Source: Hydrolagus affinis
Taxonomy: Eukaryota
Length of the DNA stretch: 64,000 nucleotides
Assembly: GCA_012026655.1 (NCBI GenBank)
Contig: JAAILG010000184.1
Location: 1-64,000 of the forward strand
Direction: 5' to 3'
In this document: piece after piece, positions 62,400 to 64,000 of the stretch
How the letters are laid out: every line of letters begins with the position of its first letter
How positions within the stretch are numbered: position 1 is the first letter of the stretch
Made by a program: the position numbers and the translations under genes
The notes under the pieces: model-generated
Database searches by the model: none
What the model saw: only the letters and a program-made list of their open reading frames with translations
Told to the model about the DNA's origin: nothing

Positions 62400-62862
62400 A
62401 TCATCCCATTCTTGCCTAAATCCACTGGTTTCCCATCACTCAGAGGATTAATTCAAGATCCCGGTCCTCACCTTCAAAGCCTTCCATGGCCTTGCCCCAC
62501 CCTACCTCTGTGATCTGCAAATCCTCTACCAACCTGTCAAATCCCTCCACTCAGCGGGCTCCGGCCTGGTCCATGTCCCCTGACCCACATGCCACACCCT
62601 CAGTGGGCGAGCCTTCAGGCACTCTGCCCCCAACTTTTGGAATTCCATCCCGCAGTCCCTCCACCTCGCCTCCTCCCTACCCTCTTTACACGTCCCACTT
62701 CAAGACCCTCCTGTTCAACCGTGCCATTGGTCACTCTCCTTACCCCACTTTCCATCCCTGATCCCGACCCCAGCTTGGGTCTGAAACAATGACTGTCCAG
62801 CACCTTGGGACGTCCTCCCAATGTGAAAGGCACTATACAAATATGATTTTATTGTTGTTGTT
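62400..62862 (+). mobile_element. LINE2 3' fragment
   Basis: 'ccactggtttcccatc..attcaagatcc..accttcaaagccttccatggccttgcccc' (HW.P...FKAFHGLAP), then tail 'ttgggacgtcctcccaatgtgaaaggcactata' + (ttg)n. Confidence 0.9.
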
Positions 62863-64000
62863 AAAGACTGCCTTAAGTATAAAGCCTTACCTTAGATTTT
62901 TGTTTCAGTAAAACTAACAAACGTGGGAAATACTTTAGTTGTTCCAGTCCCAACTAAGACTCTGAGGGTCACAATTTATGGAATCCCAGAAATAAACCCA
63001 CACTCATCAGATGTCAGCATTAATGTGTTGAAAATAATTCAGAATGACAAATGAATAGCATTTTGCTTTGTTACTAAAAGAAAATCCAAATTTTAGGCAT
63101 TGCCCTGGCTTTAGTGGATTTTATTATAATTCCTTAATTGTGAAATATCTGTTAATTAATCACCAAAACTGTGTAATTATTGGACAGATTCTTTGCAATA
63201 TCCGTACATTATGATGCTCTTGTAATGTTGCCCATAAACAATATTTCTGGATTACTGCTTTGAATTATGTTTACTTTGGCAGGAAATAAAGGAAGCAATA
63301 AACACTGAGCGTATTACCAAAACCAGATTTTTGCATTTTATTACAAGCTGAAGCCAACTTGTGGGAGAGAGCTGCAGTAACAAAGGATTGTTTCCCCCAA
63401 CCCCCCGCCCATCGAAGAACAGCACTGTAACCTTCTCTAGGTTGATGGAACAGGACTAATTTATTAAGAAACAGTATGCTATTCTTAAACTGCAAAATCA
63501 AGGTTGACATCTGCTGTTTCTCTGACATGGTTTAAAGCTGTAGAGGCCATTTTTTTCTAACTAAACAAATGAGGATTTACTAACCATACAAAGACTATGC
63601 CACACTGCCTTTACTAAAAGCATATTATAGCTCCTTTAACAAAGGTTAATGCTGCTGAACTTTAATTTGAAAAGGAAAAACCTTTGCTTCATATTAAATG
63701 AATTATCAGCGTTGCTGCAATTTGGAGACAAAGGTAATGTTTTTTTTAAAGATACCAACCTGCATTAGAAAATGTGTCCCATAAGAGTGCCCTATGGCTG
63801 CTTTTCATTGACCTAATTACCCAAGAAATTATTGGCATGCGCTTAAGTGTGTATGAGAAGATGAGGCATATGCAAGTCATAATGTGATTAGCAGCAAACT
63901 CAACAAATAAAATTAAGTACTGTACTAGTATGTAATGGTAATAAATGTTCAGGTTGCATTAAATTGCACACAGCATAAGATGCAGCACTTAGGGTCTCCC

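Noticed and set aside
1-64000. Prokaryotic systems (CRISPR, operons, defence loci), rRNA, known miRNAs/snoRNAs
   Set aside because: The sequence is vertebrate non-coding DNA. None were recognised by eye, though an Rfam/Infernal scan is needed to exclude small RNAs.

Overview
Eukaryotic, AT-rich vertebrate DNA with no supportable protein-coding gene. The supplied ORFs are short, and those I recognise are decayed transposon reading frames. The repeat content points to a cartilaginous fish, probably a holocephalan such as Callorhinchus (inference from remembered repeat consensus sequences, not a search). It includes tRNA-headed Deu-domain SINEs with (TTA)n tails, older AmnSINE1/SacSINE1-like DeuSINEs, LINE2 3' ends with (GTT)n tails, CR1 fragments, Penelope-like pLTR fragments, and Tigger and hAT MITEs. 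The window opens with a 360-bp purine tract and a CpG/GC-box segment with a possible splice donor, followed by what looks like very long intronic sequence. That stretch holds one well-formed 39-nt exon candidate (11469-11507) and a possible recursive splice site (17131/17132); the host gene could not be identified. The most notable items are: (1) a 282-bp fold-back Penelope-derived insertion with an exact 16-bp target-site duplication and a hammerhead-ribozyme-like core in each arm; (2) a solo copy of the same hammerhead-bearing unit; (3) a 3' stem-loop with compensatory changes shared across LINE2 and SINE families; (4) a Tigger MITE nested in a SINE next to a Tigger transposase relic. Repeat boundaries are read by eye and approximate unless a TSD or TIR fixes them.
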